Source: Candidatus Kryptoniota bacterium
GTDB lineage: Bacteria; Bacteroidota; Ignavibacteria; Kryptoniales; JAKASW01
Direction: 5' to 3'
NCBI GenBank assembly: GCA_046705025.1
Contig: JBJKQU010000043.1
Coordinates: 22,611-86,610 of the forward strand
DNA length: 64,000 nt
Position numbers and translations under genes: made by a program. This document shows, piece after piece, positions 54,479 to 64,000 of this stretch. The notes under the pieces were generated by a model that ran no database searches, was not told where the DNA came from, and was given only the letters and a program-made list of their open reading frames with translations. Position 1 is the first letter of the stretch. Each line of letters begins with the position of its first letter.

Positions 54479-57148
54479 TCAGTTGGTGATCTCTACAAGC
54501 TTCCGGATGTGAATTTCGGCTGACGAAGAGCCGACTTCCAACTCGTACTTTCCGGGTCGGACTACATATTCGTTCTTGCGCACCGAATAGTCTTTAAGAG
54601 ACCGCACAGGGAGCACAAATGTGACGGTCCTGGATTCCCCGTGCGGCACGCTCACACGTTTGAATCCTTCAAGTGATTTGATGGGCTTATCCGGCTCGGA
54701 TGTCAGACTTCTCGCGTAAAGCTGAGCAACCTCATCGCCGTCTCTTTCTCCGGTGTTCCTCACATTTACTGAAACTCTTATCGTATCGCCTTGGCCAACT
54801 ATATCTTTGTTCACATGCATGCCTGAGTACGTGAACGTGGTATAGCTAAGGCCGTATCCAAATGGATAGAGAGGTTTCCCTGTGAAATAGCGGTATGTTC
54901 TCCCTTCCATGCTGTAGTCCGTGAACGGCGGGAGCTGTTTCACGGATTTGTAGAATGTTACGGGCAGCCTTCCAGCCGGGTCGTAATCCCCGAAAAGAAC
55001 GTCCGCGACGGCATTTCCGCCCTGTTCGCCCGGGTACCACGCATCGATGATTGCGGGTATATTTATCTCCGCCCAGTTTACGGCGAGTGCGCTTCCCCCG
55101 ACCAGCACCAGAATTACCGGTTTGCCGGTCTTGTGCAGAGCCTTCAGTAAGGCTTCTTCACCGGAGGGAGGTCCCAGCCTTGTCCGGTCGCCACCTCTGA
55201 ATCCCGGCAGCCTGAGGTTGCTGTTTTCCTCGCTCTCCAGGTTGGCGGAAATACCGGCGACGGCTATGACAACGTCCGACTTGCGCGCCGCTCTCAATGC
55301 CTTCTTGATCAGGATCTGCGGGCTCGCCAGTTTCTTGGGCCTGTACCACTCAAACCTGATACCGGCGAACCTGCCGCTGTCCGCGTACTCGATTTTTACT
55401 CTGTACTTCCCTCCCTTCTCGAGATGGACCAGCTTCGACTTAAACACGTTGAGTCTGCTGGGCCTAAGGTCGTTCACGATCAGCCTGCCATCGAAGAAAA
55501 GCCGGCCTCCCTCGTTGGTCGTTATGCCCAGCTCGTAGTCTCCGGTTTCCGGAGGCGTTATCGTTCCAGTCCACCTCACCGAGAAGTACATCGCCGGGAC
55601 ACCCTTTACAGGCGGGACGAAGCCCCAGCCGAAATACGGATCCAGCACGCTGTCCACCCGCGTGACCACGGGCTTGCCCCGGAAATGCGGGTTGTCGAAA
55701 TATTCACCATATAGACCGCGCTCCTCGAGTCCTTTTCCCGGACCAAGATACTGTGGAGCAATCACGACTGGACTAATTACTTTGTCGTCCAGCGGGTTAT
55801 ATCCGGCGGCGAAACGGACTGTCGCTTGCGGCCCGAGCTTGTTCTTTATTCCCTGAAGAATTGTAACGACATTCGAGGGCGTACCGTGATAGTTTCCGAG
55901 AAGGACGTTGGCGTCGTCGGCGTAGGCTCCTATCACGGCGACGGATTTCACATCATTGTTCAGCGGGAGGAGCCGATCAGCGTTTTTCAGCAATACCATG
56001 CTCTCATCCGCGACTTTGCGGGCGAGCATCCTGTGAGCCGGTGTGTTGTTGTCCGCCATGGTAATTGTATCGTACGGAACGGCAGACGGCGGATCGAAGA
56101 GTCCCAGCTTCATCCTGGCGAGCATTAACCTGGTGACTGCCGTGTCGATGGCAGCTTCGGAAATGAGCCTTTCTTTGAAAGCCTTCCCCAGAACCGAGTA
56201 CTGGTTGCCGTAACAATTCAGGTCGCATCCCGCTTTCACGGCATCAGCCGCGGCCGCGTTCATGCTCGGTGTGTAGTTGTGTCCCCGATATATGTACCAG
56301 ATGGCGCCGCAGTCCGACACGACGTAACCTTTGAAACCCCATCGGTTCCTGAGAATGTCCGTCAGGAGGTATTTGTTCGCGCAATCGGGCACACCGTTGA
56401 GCGCCGGGTATGCGGCCATGACGGAGAAAGCGCCGCCCTTCCTCACGGCCGCCTCGAACGCGGGAAGGTATGTTTCAAACAGATCGCGCTTGCCGACCAC
56501 GGCGCTGAACCTGTGTCGTCCCGGTTCCGGACCGCTATATGCATCGAAATGCTTCGGAGTGGCAATCACCTTGAAGTATCTCGGATTGTTCTCCTGAAGG
56601 CCGGTGACAAACGCGACCGCCATCGTCGAGGTCAGGTACGGATCTTCGCCGTAAGTCTCCTGGCCTCTCCCCCATCGCGGGTCCCTGTCTATGTTGATGT
56701 TGGGGGCGAAGAAATCCAGCCCCGGATTTCCTGCACGTTTCACTCCCCCCCCGGAATAGTTGAATTGTGCCCGGGCCTCGGTGGAGACGCATTCAGCCTC
56801 GCGGTGGATCAGTTCCGGATCAAAGGTCGCCGCCATCCCGATGACCTGAGGGAACACGGTCGAATATTCATTTCCGATAACGCCATGCAGGCATTCGTTT
56901 CCCCAGTTGTAGGCGGGAATCCCGAGATCTGGTATCGCGGGAGCGTCGCTCTCCATTTGAGATATTTTTTCTTTAAGCGTCATTCGTGAGACCAGGTCCG
57001 CAGCACGCTGCTCGAAAGTGAGGCTGCTGTCGAGGTAAGCCGGTCGATCCTTTGGAGACTGATCTTCCGTAACCTGCGCGGGAACCGCCGGTGTCATGCA
57101 CAAGACTACGAGAACCGAAGCTGTAACCATGCCGAAGATCAATTTCAT
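54479..57148 (-). CDS. GH3 beta-glucosidase/beta-xylosidase with inserted PA14 domain, secreted
   Basis: 889 aa with a signal peptide. GH3 motifs (KHFDAYSG, GYVVSDCGAI). The PA14 segment GLYGEYFDNPHFRGKPV...FSVRWTGTITPPETGDYELG...GGRLFFDG. Confidence 0.9.
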   Translation of the reverse strand: MKLIFGMVTASVLVVLCMTPAVPAQVTEDQSPKDRPAYLDSSLTFEQRAADLVSRMTLKEKISQMESDAPAIPDLGIPAYNWGNECLHGVIGNEYSTVFPQVIGMAATFDPELIHREAECVSTEARAQFNYSGGGVKRAGNPGLDFFAPNINIDRDPRWGRGQETYGEDPYLTSTMAVAFVTGLQENNPRYFKVIATPKHFDAYSGPEPGRHRFSAVVGKRDLFETYLPAFEAAVRKGGAFSVMAAYPALNGVPDCANKYLLTDILRNRWGFKGYVVSDCGAIWYIYRGHNYTPSMNAAAADAVKAGCDLNCYGNQYSVLGKAFKERLISEAAIDTAVTRLMLARMKLGLFDPPSAVPYDTITMADNNTPAHRMLARKVADESMVLLKNADRLLPLNNDVKSVAVIGAYADDANVLLGNYHGTPSNVVTILQGIKNKLGPQATVRFAAGYNPLDDKVISPVVIAPQYLGPGKGLEERGLYGEYFDNPHFRGKPVVTRVDSVLDPYFGWGFVPPVKGVPAMYFSVRWTGTITPPETGDYELGITTNEGGRLFFDGRLIVNDLRPSRLNVFKSKLVHLEKGGKYRVKIEYADSGRFAGIRFEWYRPKKLASPQILIKKALRAARKSDVVIAVAGISANLESEENSNLRLPGFRGGDRTRLGPPSGEEALLKALHKTGKPVILVLVGGSALAVNWAEINIPAIIDAWYPGEQGGNAVADVLFGDYDPAGRLPVTFYKSVKQLPPFTDYSMEGRTYRYFTGKPLYPFGYGLSYTTFTYSGMHVNKDIVGQGDTIRVSVNVRNTGERDGDEVAQLYARSLTSEPDKPIKSLEGFKRVSVPHGESRTVTFVLPVRSLKDYSVRKNEYVVRPGKYELEVGSSSAEIHIRKLVEITN

Positions 57149-57224
57149 CGTGATGCCTCTGTCTTCTTACGTCCACATAACTCCAAACGATGTCCGCCAG
57201 CTATAAGTCTCGCTTTGTTTCTTT

Positions 57225-58394
57225 CTAATGTCCTCCGAGCTGTACGCCGAGCAGATTGCCGTAACCGATTATCAGCGTCGATCCGATAAGTGTAAAAAGC
57301 GCCATCCCCAACAGGAACTTTGAAAGTCCGCTTGTGTCTTTCCATTCCTTCAGGAATATTCCCCAAAGGGAGCCGAAGATGATTATGCTCGCCATGTGTA
57401 TTGTCCAGCTCGAGAACTTATAATTCCCCATTTGTGAAGCTCCCATCGTGTAGAAGAAGAACTGGAAATACCAAGTCACTCCGGCAAGCGCGCTGAACAG
57501 GTAATTTGTCAGGAGTGGGACACCCGCGGCGTGGGCAGCTGGGGAATCGAGTGCAGCCACCGAATTTCCGCTCACGTCGGACTGAGGCTCCGGAGCTGAA
57601 GCGGAAATAGTATTGCCCGCCCGAGCCGTTGCTCGAAGGCCGAAGTATTCGCCGAACGTCCGGTTTTTCCTCAACAGGTAGGCACACCAAACGAAGTTCG
57701 TGACAAACCCGCCTGCCGTAATCACGATAATTTCCGGCAAACCCGTCCAGATTGGTTCGGCACCCATGTGCAGTGCAGTGACAGATATCGGCGTCGCAGA
57801 GTCTAGACCAAACGCGAAACAAGAGCTCATAACGCCTGAAAATATAGCTACTAAGATACCCCTCTTTAGATTGAATTCCTCTATCGCTTCATGCTTTTCC
57901 CTCTCATTCATTTCTCGCTCTTTGGACAGACCTGCTGCGGCTGTCAGAACGATCCCCATCACAGCGAACACCGAACCGATAAGAATTATCTGCCCGGGAA
58001 TCGTGTGCAGTTTTGTTCCAAGTGTCCCGTCAAACAACGGCGGAATGTAGGTGCCGAAAACCGCGGTGAGTCCCAGGATTATCCCCGTACCTAACGAAAG
58101 CCCGAGGTATCTCATGGTAAGGCCGTAAGTCAGTCCTCCGAATCCCCACATCATCCCCCAGAAGAAAGTCCAGCCGAGGACTGCGAAAGGTTGGCTTGCC
58201 AGCACCTGGGTCAAGTGCGGCACGATAATCAAGGCAAGTACCCATGGAGCGATTATCCAGCTGAATATGCCACCCAGCAACCAGTACACTTCCCACGACC
58301 ATCTTTTGACAGCCTTGAATGGGACGTAGAAGCTTCCGGAGGCAAAGCCACCCAGCCAATGGTAGAAGACACCGAGAATGGGATTGGGATTCAT
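57225..58394 (-). CDS. rhaT: L-rhamnose/H+ symporter family protein
   Basis: 389 aa. N-terminus MNPNPILGVFYHWLGGFASGSFYVPFKAVKRWSWEVYWL matches the RhaT-family pattern as I recall it. About 10 TM segments. Confidence 0.75.
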   Translation of the reverse strand: MNPNPILGVFYHWLGGFASGSFYVPFKAVKRWSWEVYWLLGGIFSWIIAPWVLALIIVPHLTQVLASQPFAVLGWTFFWGMMWGFGGLTYGLTMRYLGLSLGTGIILGLTAVFGTYIPPLFDGTLGTKLHTIPGQIILIGSVFAVMGIVLTAAAGLSKEREMNEREKHEAIEEFNLKRGILVAIFSGVMSSCFAFGLDSATPISVTALHMGAEPIWTGLPEIIVITAGGFVTNFVWCAYLLRKNRTFGEYFGLRATARAGNTISASAPEPQSDVSGNSVAALDSPAAHAAGVPLLTNYLFSALAGVTWYFQFFFYTMGASQMGNYKFSSWTIHMASIIIFGSLWGIFLKEWKDTSGLSKFLLGMALFTLIGSTLIIGYGNLLGVQLGGH

Positions 58395-58421
58395 CTGCTG
58401 TTTCCTTAGCTAAGGTTCTTT

Positions 58422-58465
58422 CGCAATCGATTTGCCAATCTAGCTATGGTGCAACGGCTAGTCAA
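58422..58465 (-). promoter_or_regulatory. Candidate RhaT promoter with an overlapping CG-centred pseudo-palindrome
   Basis: On the minus strand: TTGACT (58460-58465), a 17-nt spacer, TAGATT (58437-58442). The plus-strand motif CGCAATCGATTTGCCAATC (58422-58440) contains the perfect palindrome AATCGATT. Confidence 0.45.
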
Positions 58466-58504
58466 GTGGTTGTGAGGTATGATCTCTATTTCACCAATGT
58501 TCAG

Positions 58505-59713
58505 CTACAAAATTCTTGAAATGGCTGCTTCGACTTCTGCCAGTTCTACCTCTTGAACATTTGCGCTATGGTATTTCAAGACATCGAAGTCCTTCAATCC
58601 TGAACCGGTCAATATCATCACAACCGAAGCATGTTTTGCAATTTTGGCTGATTCTTTCAGTTTCCTGATGGCAAACAGGCTCGTCGCTGAAGCCGGTTCA
58701 ACGAAGAAGCCTGAATGTGCCAACCTCCTCTGTGATTCGATGATCTCCTTTTCGGTAACTTCTTCGGCGAGCCAGTTATATTCATATGCCTTGGCGATGA
58801 TCTCGTCTCCCCCCATTGGATTTCCCGTGGTGATAGCCTCAGCTATTGTATGAAAATTCGAAAACGGAACGACATGCTTCTTCCCCTGCTTGACGGCAGC
58901 GACGATAGGGCTGTTATTACGAGCCTGGACAACTATCATCTTGGGAAGTTTGTTGATTAGGCCCGCATCTCTCAACTCCCGGTACCCCTTGAAAATCCCG
59001 CGCACATGCCCGCATGCCGACGTCGGGACGGCAATGTAGTCGGGGACTGATTTGCCCATCTGCTCGAACATCTCGAAGGAAGTGAGCTTGTAACCTTCAA
59101 CACGAATCGGCCCGTTCCCGGATACTATTCTGATAGCCAACTTCGTGGCCAAACTCAACACTTTTTTCTTCATTTCGGAATAGTCAGGGGCGCTGATTTT
59201 CATGACCGTCGCTCCGTGAATTCCCATCGCCATGATCTTCTCTTTTGGCGTGAAGCCGGGAACAAAAACAATCGCCCTTATCCCGGATTTAGCAGCGTAC
59301 GCCGAGATTGAGTTCCCCATGTTTCCGGTGGAGATGGTGGCAGTTATAGTCTCCTGCATTTCTCTTGCCATCGCGATGCACGCCAGTGATCCGCGGTCCT
59401 TGAAGCTCCAGGTGGGATTTTGAGTCTCGTTCTTGAGGTAGAGATTGTCGAGTCCGACGAAATCGATGAGCTTCTTGTCTGCCCTTACAAGTGCCGTGTT
59501 TCCTTCTCCCAATGAGATTGATTCGTCGAGCCTCGAAAAAGGAAGGAAGTCGGCATACCTTTCCCACAGATATTTCCCTTCTCTGACCTTAGCCTTCTCA
59601 ATTCCTTCGATTCTCACTTCGAGGGATTCTCCGTTGCCGGCGAATTCCTCGATCCGTTCGATAGGGTATTCTTGATTGGTGAGTGTTGAAACCAGGCTCG
59701 CTCTTTTCTTCAC
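58505..59713 (-). CDS. Threonine synthase-like PLP-dependent enzyme
   Basis: 402 aa. PLP-lysine motif NPTWSFKDRGS, a glycine-rich loop STGNMGNS, and the overall PALP fold pattern. Confidence 0.75.
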   Translation of the reverse strand: MKKRASLVSTLTNQEYPIERIEEFAGNGESLEVRIEGIEKAKVREGKYLWERYADFLPFSRLDESISLGEGNTALVRADKKLIDFVGLDNLYLKNETQNPTWSFKDRGSLACIAMAREMQETITATISTGNMGNSISAYAAKSGIRAIVFVPGFTPKEKIMAMGIHGATVMKISAPDYSEMKKKVLSLATKLAIRIVSGNGPIRVEGYKLTSFEMFEQMGKSVPDYIAVPTSACGHVRGIFKGYRELRDAGLINKLPKMIVVQARNNSPIVAAVKQGKKHVVPFSNFHTIAEAITTGNPMGGDEIIAKAYEYNWLAEEVTEKEIIESQRRLAHSGFFVEPASATSLFAIRKLKESAKIAKHASVVMILTGSGLKDFDVLKYHSANVQEVELAEVEAAISRIL

Positions 59714-59825
59714 GAGTCCACTCGGCGGTTAGTTGTTTCTATGCGGGCTCGCCGCCCATGTCCGCAGGTTACTCTCTCCGTTGCAAATAGGAGAGACTGA
59801 GGTTGCGCAGTCTGAGCCGCATTCA

Positions 59826-62000
59826 TCAATGACTTTCTCCATTGACCCCTATTTTGATGCTCCCGCCCTTGAATTCAGTCGGGACTACGATTGCCCCGTC
59901 CCTGTCGGGCTTTACGAAGGTGCCGTTGATCAACGCACCCTTAACTCGTCCCGCTCCCTGGACTTCCAGTCTGATCCTGCTCTCGCGAAATCTCAAATTC
60001 GCAGTGACTCCCTTGCTATTGGGATAGAGGTTCGGTTTTATGACGAGATGGCCGTTGATGAACCTTATTCCGAGCCAGTGTTTGACAACAAAAGTTGATA
60101 TCTCCGCGGAGCACCACGGGAGAAGCCCTGCCGTGAATTCCTGGTCCCTGATAACAGGAATCTCTTCGAAATAGGCACCCGTATGGCCTCCCTGGACGCT
60201 GCTCAGCCACTCGAGCGATCTGCGGCTGAGATCATACATCTCCGCCTCCTGTTCCGCGTTAAGCATGAACTCAGTCGCGAAGATCCAGGCACCGGGCTGG
60301 TCGGGCTCCGAGCTGGTGTTGTAGCGGTCGTATCCTCCGGTTGACCAACGTGAGCTCCATAGCTGCTGAAGTTCTTCAAGAGTGTTCCTGGCGAGCTTGG
60401 ATTTCGGATTGACAATTCCCATTGAGATCGGCAAAGCCATCGAAGCATCAGGAAGCAGGCGCTGGAGGGACTCCGTGAGCCCGGGAGAGCCGGGGATGTA
60501 ACCTCTGTATCTCACGGTGTCCGCAATTTCTCCGTTTACATTGCGGCGCTTGATCAATCGTCCGTTGCTTACGAGACCCATCTTCGGATCATGGAGCATG
60601 GCATGAAGCATCTTGCCCGCAATCCCTTTCCACCGAGTCACATACTTTTCCGCGCCAATCATTGGAGCAAACTCGACCGCGTCACGCAGCCCCTGTATCA
60701 CGAACACCTGGTAAGCAAGCTCATAAGCGTCAGAAAGCGACCTTTCCCAATATTCGCGCTTGTCATGGACCATTCCGGTTGAGTCGAGATACATCGGCTG
60801 AATAGGACGGTCTGTCATCGCGATAAGTTTTTGAGCGTTTTCCTTCAGAAGTGATGAATCTCCCGTCCAGTAATAATAGCTTTTCATGGCCTGCCAGAGC
60901 TCACCCATCTGATCAAGCTCTTCGTATTCCGGCCTATCGAATGCGCTCCCGATCATGGTGGCACCCTGCTTCGTGATCATGCTGTCGAGCATGTGCTCGA
61001 GGAGTGCATGCGCCAGCTCGAAATCCCCTATCCGCAGGAGACCCAAGGTAGTGTTCGAACCGTCACGGATCCATTGTCCCCCGTACTCGAACACGCCCGC
61101 ATCCAATATACCCACGTCTGAAACGTAACCGGGCAGAGTGAACCGGGCGTTATTATAAAGATTCTCAGTTGTTCTCTCGGGTGTTGAGATAGCGGAAAGA
61201 TTTTTCCATTTCTCCCGGGTCACCGGGAGAAAGTCATTTGTTGAAGTAACAGAATCGATACGTGAAATCATGGCCGGCATTCCGCCATCAGGTATTTGAG
61301 TAACAATGAACGAATCAAATTGTTTTTCCGAGCCGGGAGCAATGTGTATGTCAGCAATCTCCAGGTAATTGCTGTCTACTTTTACGTTTTCCTCAGTACG
61401 AGGCACTGCGACGGCAATCCGCCCCTTTGGACCGGAGTAGATTAGAGAATTGCCGACCCCTTGGTCTTTTTCCCCCGGTATGCCGAGCCGCAGAGCAACC
61501 TTTTCCGGGCCGACGATCTTTGTTCCATCAAGGGTAATGGTTCGCTCAAATGCATTAGCGCCGGCCAGAGCAAACAACTTTTCAGTTACTCTGATCCCGC
61601 CGGCCCACCAAACGGCTTCGACCTTCGGTATGCCGTCTTCATACAGCCACTTCGTTTCAAGATTCTGACCGACGGCAGTGAATGGAAACCCACCCATCAC
61701 TACCTGGAGTGCACTGGTGGTAAAGCCCGACTCCCTCGCATAATTGCAGGCGTTCACCTTGCGTGCACTCTGCGCCGCATTTTGCGCATCGAACAAGAGG
61801 TAAGTGAATGAGGGTCCAAGGTCGACCTTATCGGTCTGGATGAACATCTGTGCTCTTCCGCTGCGAAGCACGTAGTACTGCCGCCCGTAGAAGTACGAAT
61901 AATTATAGAGATGCAATATAGCCGGATTAGTCTGCGCCGATCCCGGCCTTGTCGACATCCAACAAACTGCCAGCGTGAAGATCAGAAGACTCTTTTTCAT
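59826..62000 (-). CDS. Secreted six-hairpin (alpha/alpha)6 glycosidase, GH15-like
   Basis: 724 aa with a signal peptide. Motifs GGQWIRDGS, LPDASMALPISMGIV and GGYDRYNTSSEPDQPGAWIFATEF resemble the glucoamylase/glucodextranase family signatures. Confidence 0.55.
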   Translation of the reverse strand: MKKSLLIFTLAVCWMSTRPGSAQTNPAILHLYNYSYFYGRQYYVLRSGRAQMFIQTDKVDLGPSFTYLLFDAQNAAQSARKVNACNYARESGFTTSALQVVMGGFPFTAVGQNLETKWLYEDGIPKVEAVWWAGGIRVTEKLFALAGANAFERTITLDGTKIVGPEKVALRLGIPGEKDQGVGNSLIYSGPKGRIAVAVPRTEENVKVDSNYLEIADIHIAPGSEKQFDSFIVTQIPDGGMPAMISRIDSVTSTNDFLPVTREKWKNLSAISTPERTTENLYNNARFTLPGYVSDVGILDAGVFEYGGQWIRDGSNTTLGLLRIGDFELAHALLEHMLDSMITKQGATMIGSAFDRPEYEELDQMGELWQAMKSYYYWTGDSSLLKENAQKLIAMTDRPIQPMYLDSTGMVHDKREYWERSLSDAYELAYQVFVIQGLRDAVEFAPMIGAEKYVTRWKGIAGKMLHAMLHDPKMGLVSNGRLIKRRNVNGEIADTVRYRGYIPGSPGLTESLQRLLPDASMALPISMGIVNPKSKLARNTLEELQQLWSSRWSTGGYDRYNTSSEPDQPGAWIFATEFMLNAEQEAEMYDLSRRSLEWLSSVQGGHTGAYFEEIPVIRDQEFTAGLLPWCSAEISTFVVKHWLGIRFINGHLVIKPNLYPNSKGVTANLRFRESRIRLEVQGAGRVKGALINGTFVKPDRDGAIVVPTEFKGGSIKIGVNGESH

Positions 62001-62136
62001 TCGACAACCTGCCTTTCTATTCAGTTGCTGGGACGACGGAGCAAGAGGCGGCGTGCGTACTGCCTTCCCCTTTCAGACTATGCCGTTGGAAAAGCAGGCC
62101 GGAAATACTTCCCGGCTTGCATTGCTTCCTTTCCGG

Positions 62137-64000
62137 CTAATGTGGACCAGCATCCGAGGAAACTGCCCGAAAATGAAGCGTGATAATTTTGTTATGATCG
62201 ACCGGCAAGGTAACAGAGTTGCCTCGCATTGTGATTTCCTGTTTAGGCAATGGACGTTCCAGAATGTCGGTTTCTTCCACCTTGACAGGCTGATCAAAAT
62301 TGACTTGCGCCTTCGTATTTCGTCCGTCAGCTTCGTAGAAACGGAGTATGAATCCATGTCCATCTTCGGAGTGCTTGAGCGCGGTCACGATGAGATCACC
62401 CTTCTCATCAATATTATTAAGTGAAAGGGTCGGTATTGGGCCTACCGCAGGATGAGGTTTCGTGACCATGGACAGCAAAGGGATGTTTAAATCGAGTGCT
62501 TCTTCATCTGTGTGACCCACCCTCCAGCTGCCGGCGTGAGGATAAATACTGTAAGTGAACTTTTGTATCCCCTGATCCGGATGAGGATCAGGACTGGTCG
62601 AGGAACGCAATGCTGTCAGACGAAGCAGGTTGTTCTGAACATCAAATCCATATTTGCAGTTGTTGAGTACACTCAGCCCATAAAGTGTCCGCACCGGAGG
62701 CTTGGTTGCAACCGTTGCCGCAAAAATGTGGACTCTTGGGTCATGCGGCAGGATCAGTTCTGTTGCACCCTTCGGCAGAGGGATTTGCACTATCCACATC
62801 TTGGGAGCAGCAGCGGTATCTCGATTCCCTGCCGATAATCGATAAGCGAATCTCAACCCGAGCGCATTGTCCGGATAAGTGCCGAACACCCAGTCGTTCA
62901 AGTCAAAAGCTCTGAACTCGGTCCTACCATCAGCGAGATGAAAACCGATGTCGGTCCAACGACCGCCATTGACACAGTTTGCCAACAGGAAGAGAGTATT
63001 GCCTTTGTCATCCGCCGGGAGTTCGAGATGCTGCCCCGATGCGACAACATTGTCGGGCTGACTCGGACTGTTCCCCGCCAATTTGAACGGCACTTTATCA
63101 GCTCCCAGGCGGTGAATACCGGCAGCAGGCAGAAGTTCGGCCGGAAATGCATTTCTATCGCCGTCAAAGTTGCTCGTGCAGTTCTCGTCAAACAGTCCTG
63201 ACAGTTCAAGGGGCGTCCCGCCTTCCACAGTTTCAGGGACAACCTGGCTTACGTCCATCCATTTCTGACCAGGACATTCCTGTCCGTTCGTCGGTCGGTT
63301 GACGCTCCCAAACGGAATCTGGGCACATGCAGTGGGGTGATCGGCATTGACTGGGAATCTGACTTTAAGCAGCTCATGCACTTCCTGCCAGTTTACAGTG
63401 GTCGGAACGTCGATTCGAGGGAGAGCTCCATAGACGGTCACGTCCTGCGTATAGGATGATTTCCCCGTGGTATGAGTCACGCCCACACGAACAAAAACCG
63501 GCCCCTGGTCCAGCACCGAGACTTTCGCACCTTCCGCGGTCAATATTTCACTCTTGCCGGTGTAGTTGATGTCCCACGCATCGCCGGTATCACCCAACAG
63601 TTGTAATGCGTTCGCATCCCCGGCAGTGTCAAGGACGTTCCAGCCTGCAGTCCTTGAATAAAGACGGGAGATTGTGCCGGTCGCTTTGTCGATCCGAACA
63701 TCGAGCAGAGGAGTCTCGATATCACAGGTATTTCCGGCATCGTGCAACACTATTCCATCCGATCGGGAAGATTCGGTCTCTGGAAAATAGACCGCATGCC
63801 CGAAAGCCGGGACATCGCGTGCGACAAATATCAGCGTGTCTCTACCCATCGCTTGAGCTGCAAATCGGTTGCCTTGTTCGTCAACAACGGAGTGGTACCG
63901 AGCAGCATCTGTCACACGTGCCTTGACAACGTCGTTACGCGGAAAGGAAAGGGTGTTCCAAACTACTATCGCTGTCTTTGCAGGCCCACGTGTGTCGACG
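62137..64000 (-). CDS. GH38 alpha-mannosidase, C-terminal about 621 codons (N-terminus beyond the right window edge)
   Basis: The ORF-track start at 63915 is a GTG. The frame stays open upstream to base 64000 (…GPAKTAIVVWNTLSFPRNDVVKARVTDAARYHSVVDEQGNRF…). This is typical of the GH38 central/C-terminal beta-domains. Confidence 0.7.
   Translation of the reverse strand, partial: VDTRGPAKTAIVVWNTLSFPRNDVVKARVTDAARYHSVVDEQGNRFAAQAMGRDTLIFVARDVPAFGHAVYFPETESSRSDGIVLHDAGNTCDIETPLLDVRIDKATGTISRLYSRTAGWNVLDTAGDANALQLLGDTGDAWDINYTGKSEILTAEGAKVSVLDQGPVFVRVGVTHTTGKSSYTQDVTVYGALPRIDVPTTVNWQEVHELLKVRFPVNADHPTACAQIPFGSVNRPTNGQECPGQKWMDVSQVVPETVEGGTPLELSGLFDENCTSNFDGDRNAFPAELLPAAGIHRLGADKVPFKLAGNSPSQPDNVVASGQHLELPADDKGNTLFLLANCVNGGRWTDIGFHLADGRTEFRAFDLNDWVFGTYPDNALGLRFAYRLSAGNRDTAAAPKMWIVQIPLPKGATELILPHDPRVHIFAATVATKPPVRTLYGLSVLNNCKYGFDVQNNLLRLTALRSSTSPDPHPDQGIQKFTYSIYPHAGSWRVGHTDEEALDLNIPLLSMVTKPHPAVGPIPTLSLNNIDEKGDLIVTALKHSEDGHGFILRFYEADGRNTKAQVNFDQPVKVEETDILERPLPKQEITMRGNSVTLPVDHNKIITLHFRAVSSDAGPH

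Noticed and set aside
1-64000. Search by eye for CRISPR arrays, tRNA/rRNA/tmRNA, riboswitch cores, transposases, integrases, toxin-antitoxin or known defence-system genes.
   Set aside because: No regularly spaced direct repeats, no tRNA T-arm or anticodon architecture in any intergenic gap, and no recombinase- or nuclease-type ORFs were seen. Absence is by inspection only. A covariance-model scan (Infernal/Rfam, tRNAscan-SE) would be decisive.

Overview
This 64-kb window looks like a glycan-utilisation region of a diderm bacterium. T9SS-type C-terminal sorting domains, a PorV/PorQ-like barrel and a CarboxypepD_reg TonB-dependent receptor suggest the FCB group or a related uncultured lineage, but the taxon cannot be fixed from sequence alone. 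I support about 45 CDS.

I found no rRNA, tRNA, CRISPR array, transposase or integrase. Positions 1-39161 form an unbroken array of 27 minus-strand genes:
- a partial GH42, missed by the ORF track because it runs off the left edge
- a Gfo/Idh/MocA oxidoreductase plus xylose-isomerase-like TIM-barrel pair
- rbsK and rbsD
- a roughly 1090-aa cytoplasmic glycosidase
- a TonB receptor / sorting-domain protein / PorV-like trio
- a LacI-controlled ABC sugar importer
- GH92, GH38 and an MFS sugar porter

The remainder holds an S10 peptidase and a signal-peptide rubrerythrin. It also holds a tightly coupled seven-gene envelope operon (TPR, ABC ATPase, FtsX permease, LolA-like protein, beta-barrel, LytS-type kinase, LytTR regulator). 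A rhamnose-themed block follows (GH78, GH3-PA14, RhaT, GH15-like, second GH38, truncated at the right edge).

The most interesting items are:
- the SusD-less TBDT / cargo / PorV-like module
- the ABC / LolA-like / barrel / LytTR operon
- a possible oxidative, non-hydrolytic glycoside-cleavage module
- two pairs of promoter-proximal CG-centred pseudo-palindromes, one pair flanking the LacI gene and one pair shared by the GH78 and RhaT promoters
- a 714-nt in-gene tandem duplication
- a heptanucleotide tandem array in a promoter
- a roughly 0.9-kb unassigned region carrying a near-consensus promoter

All functional calls rest on motif recognition by eye. No database search was run.
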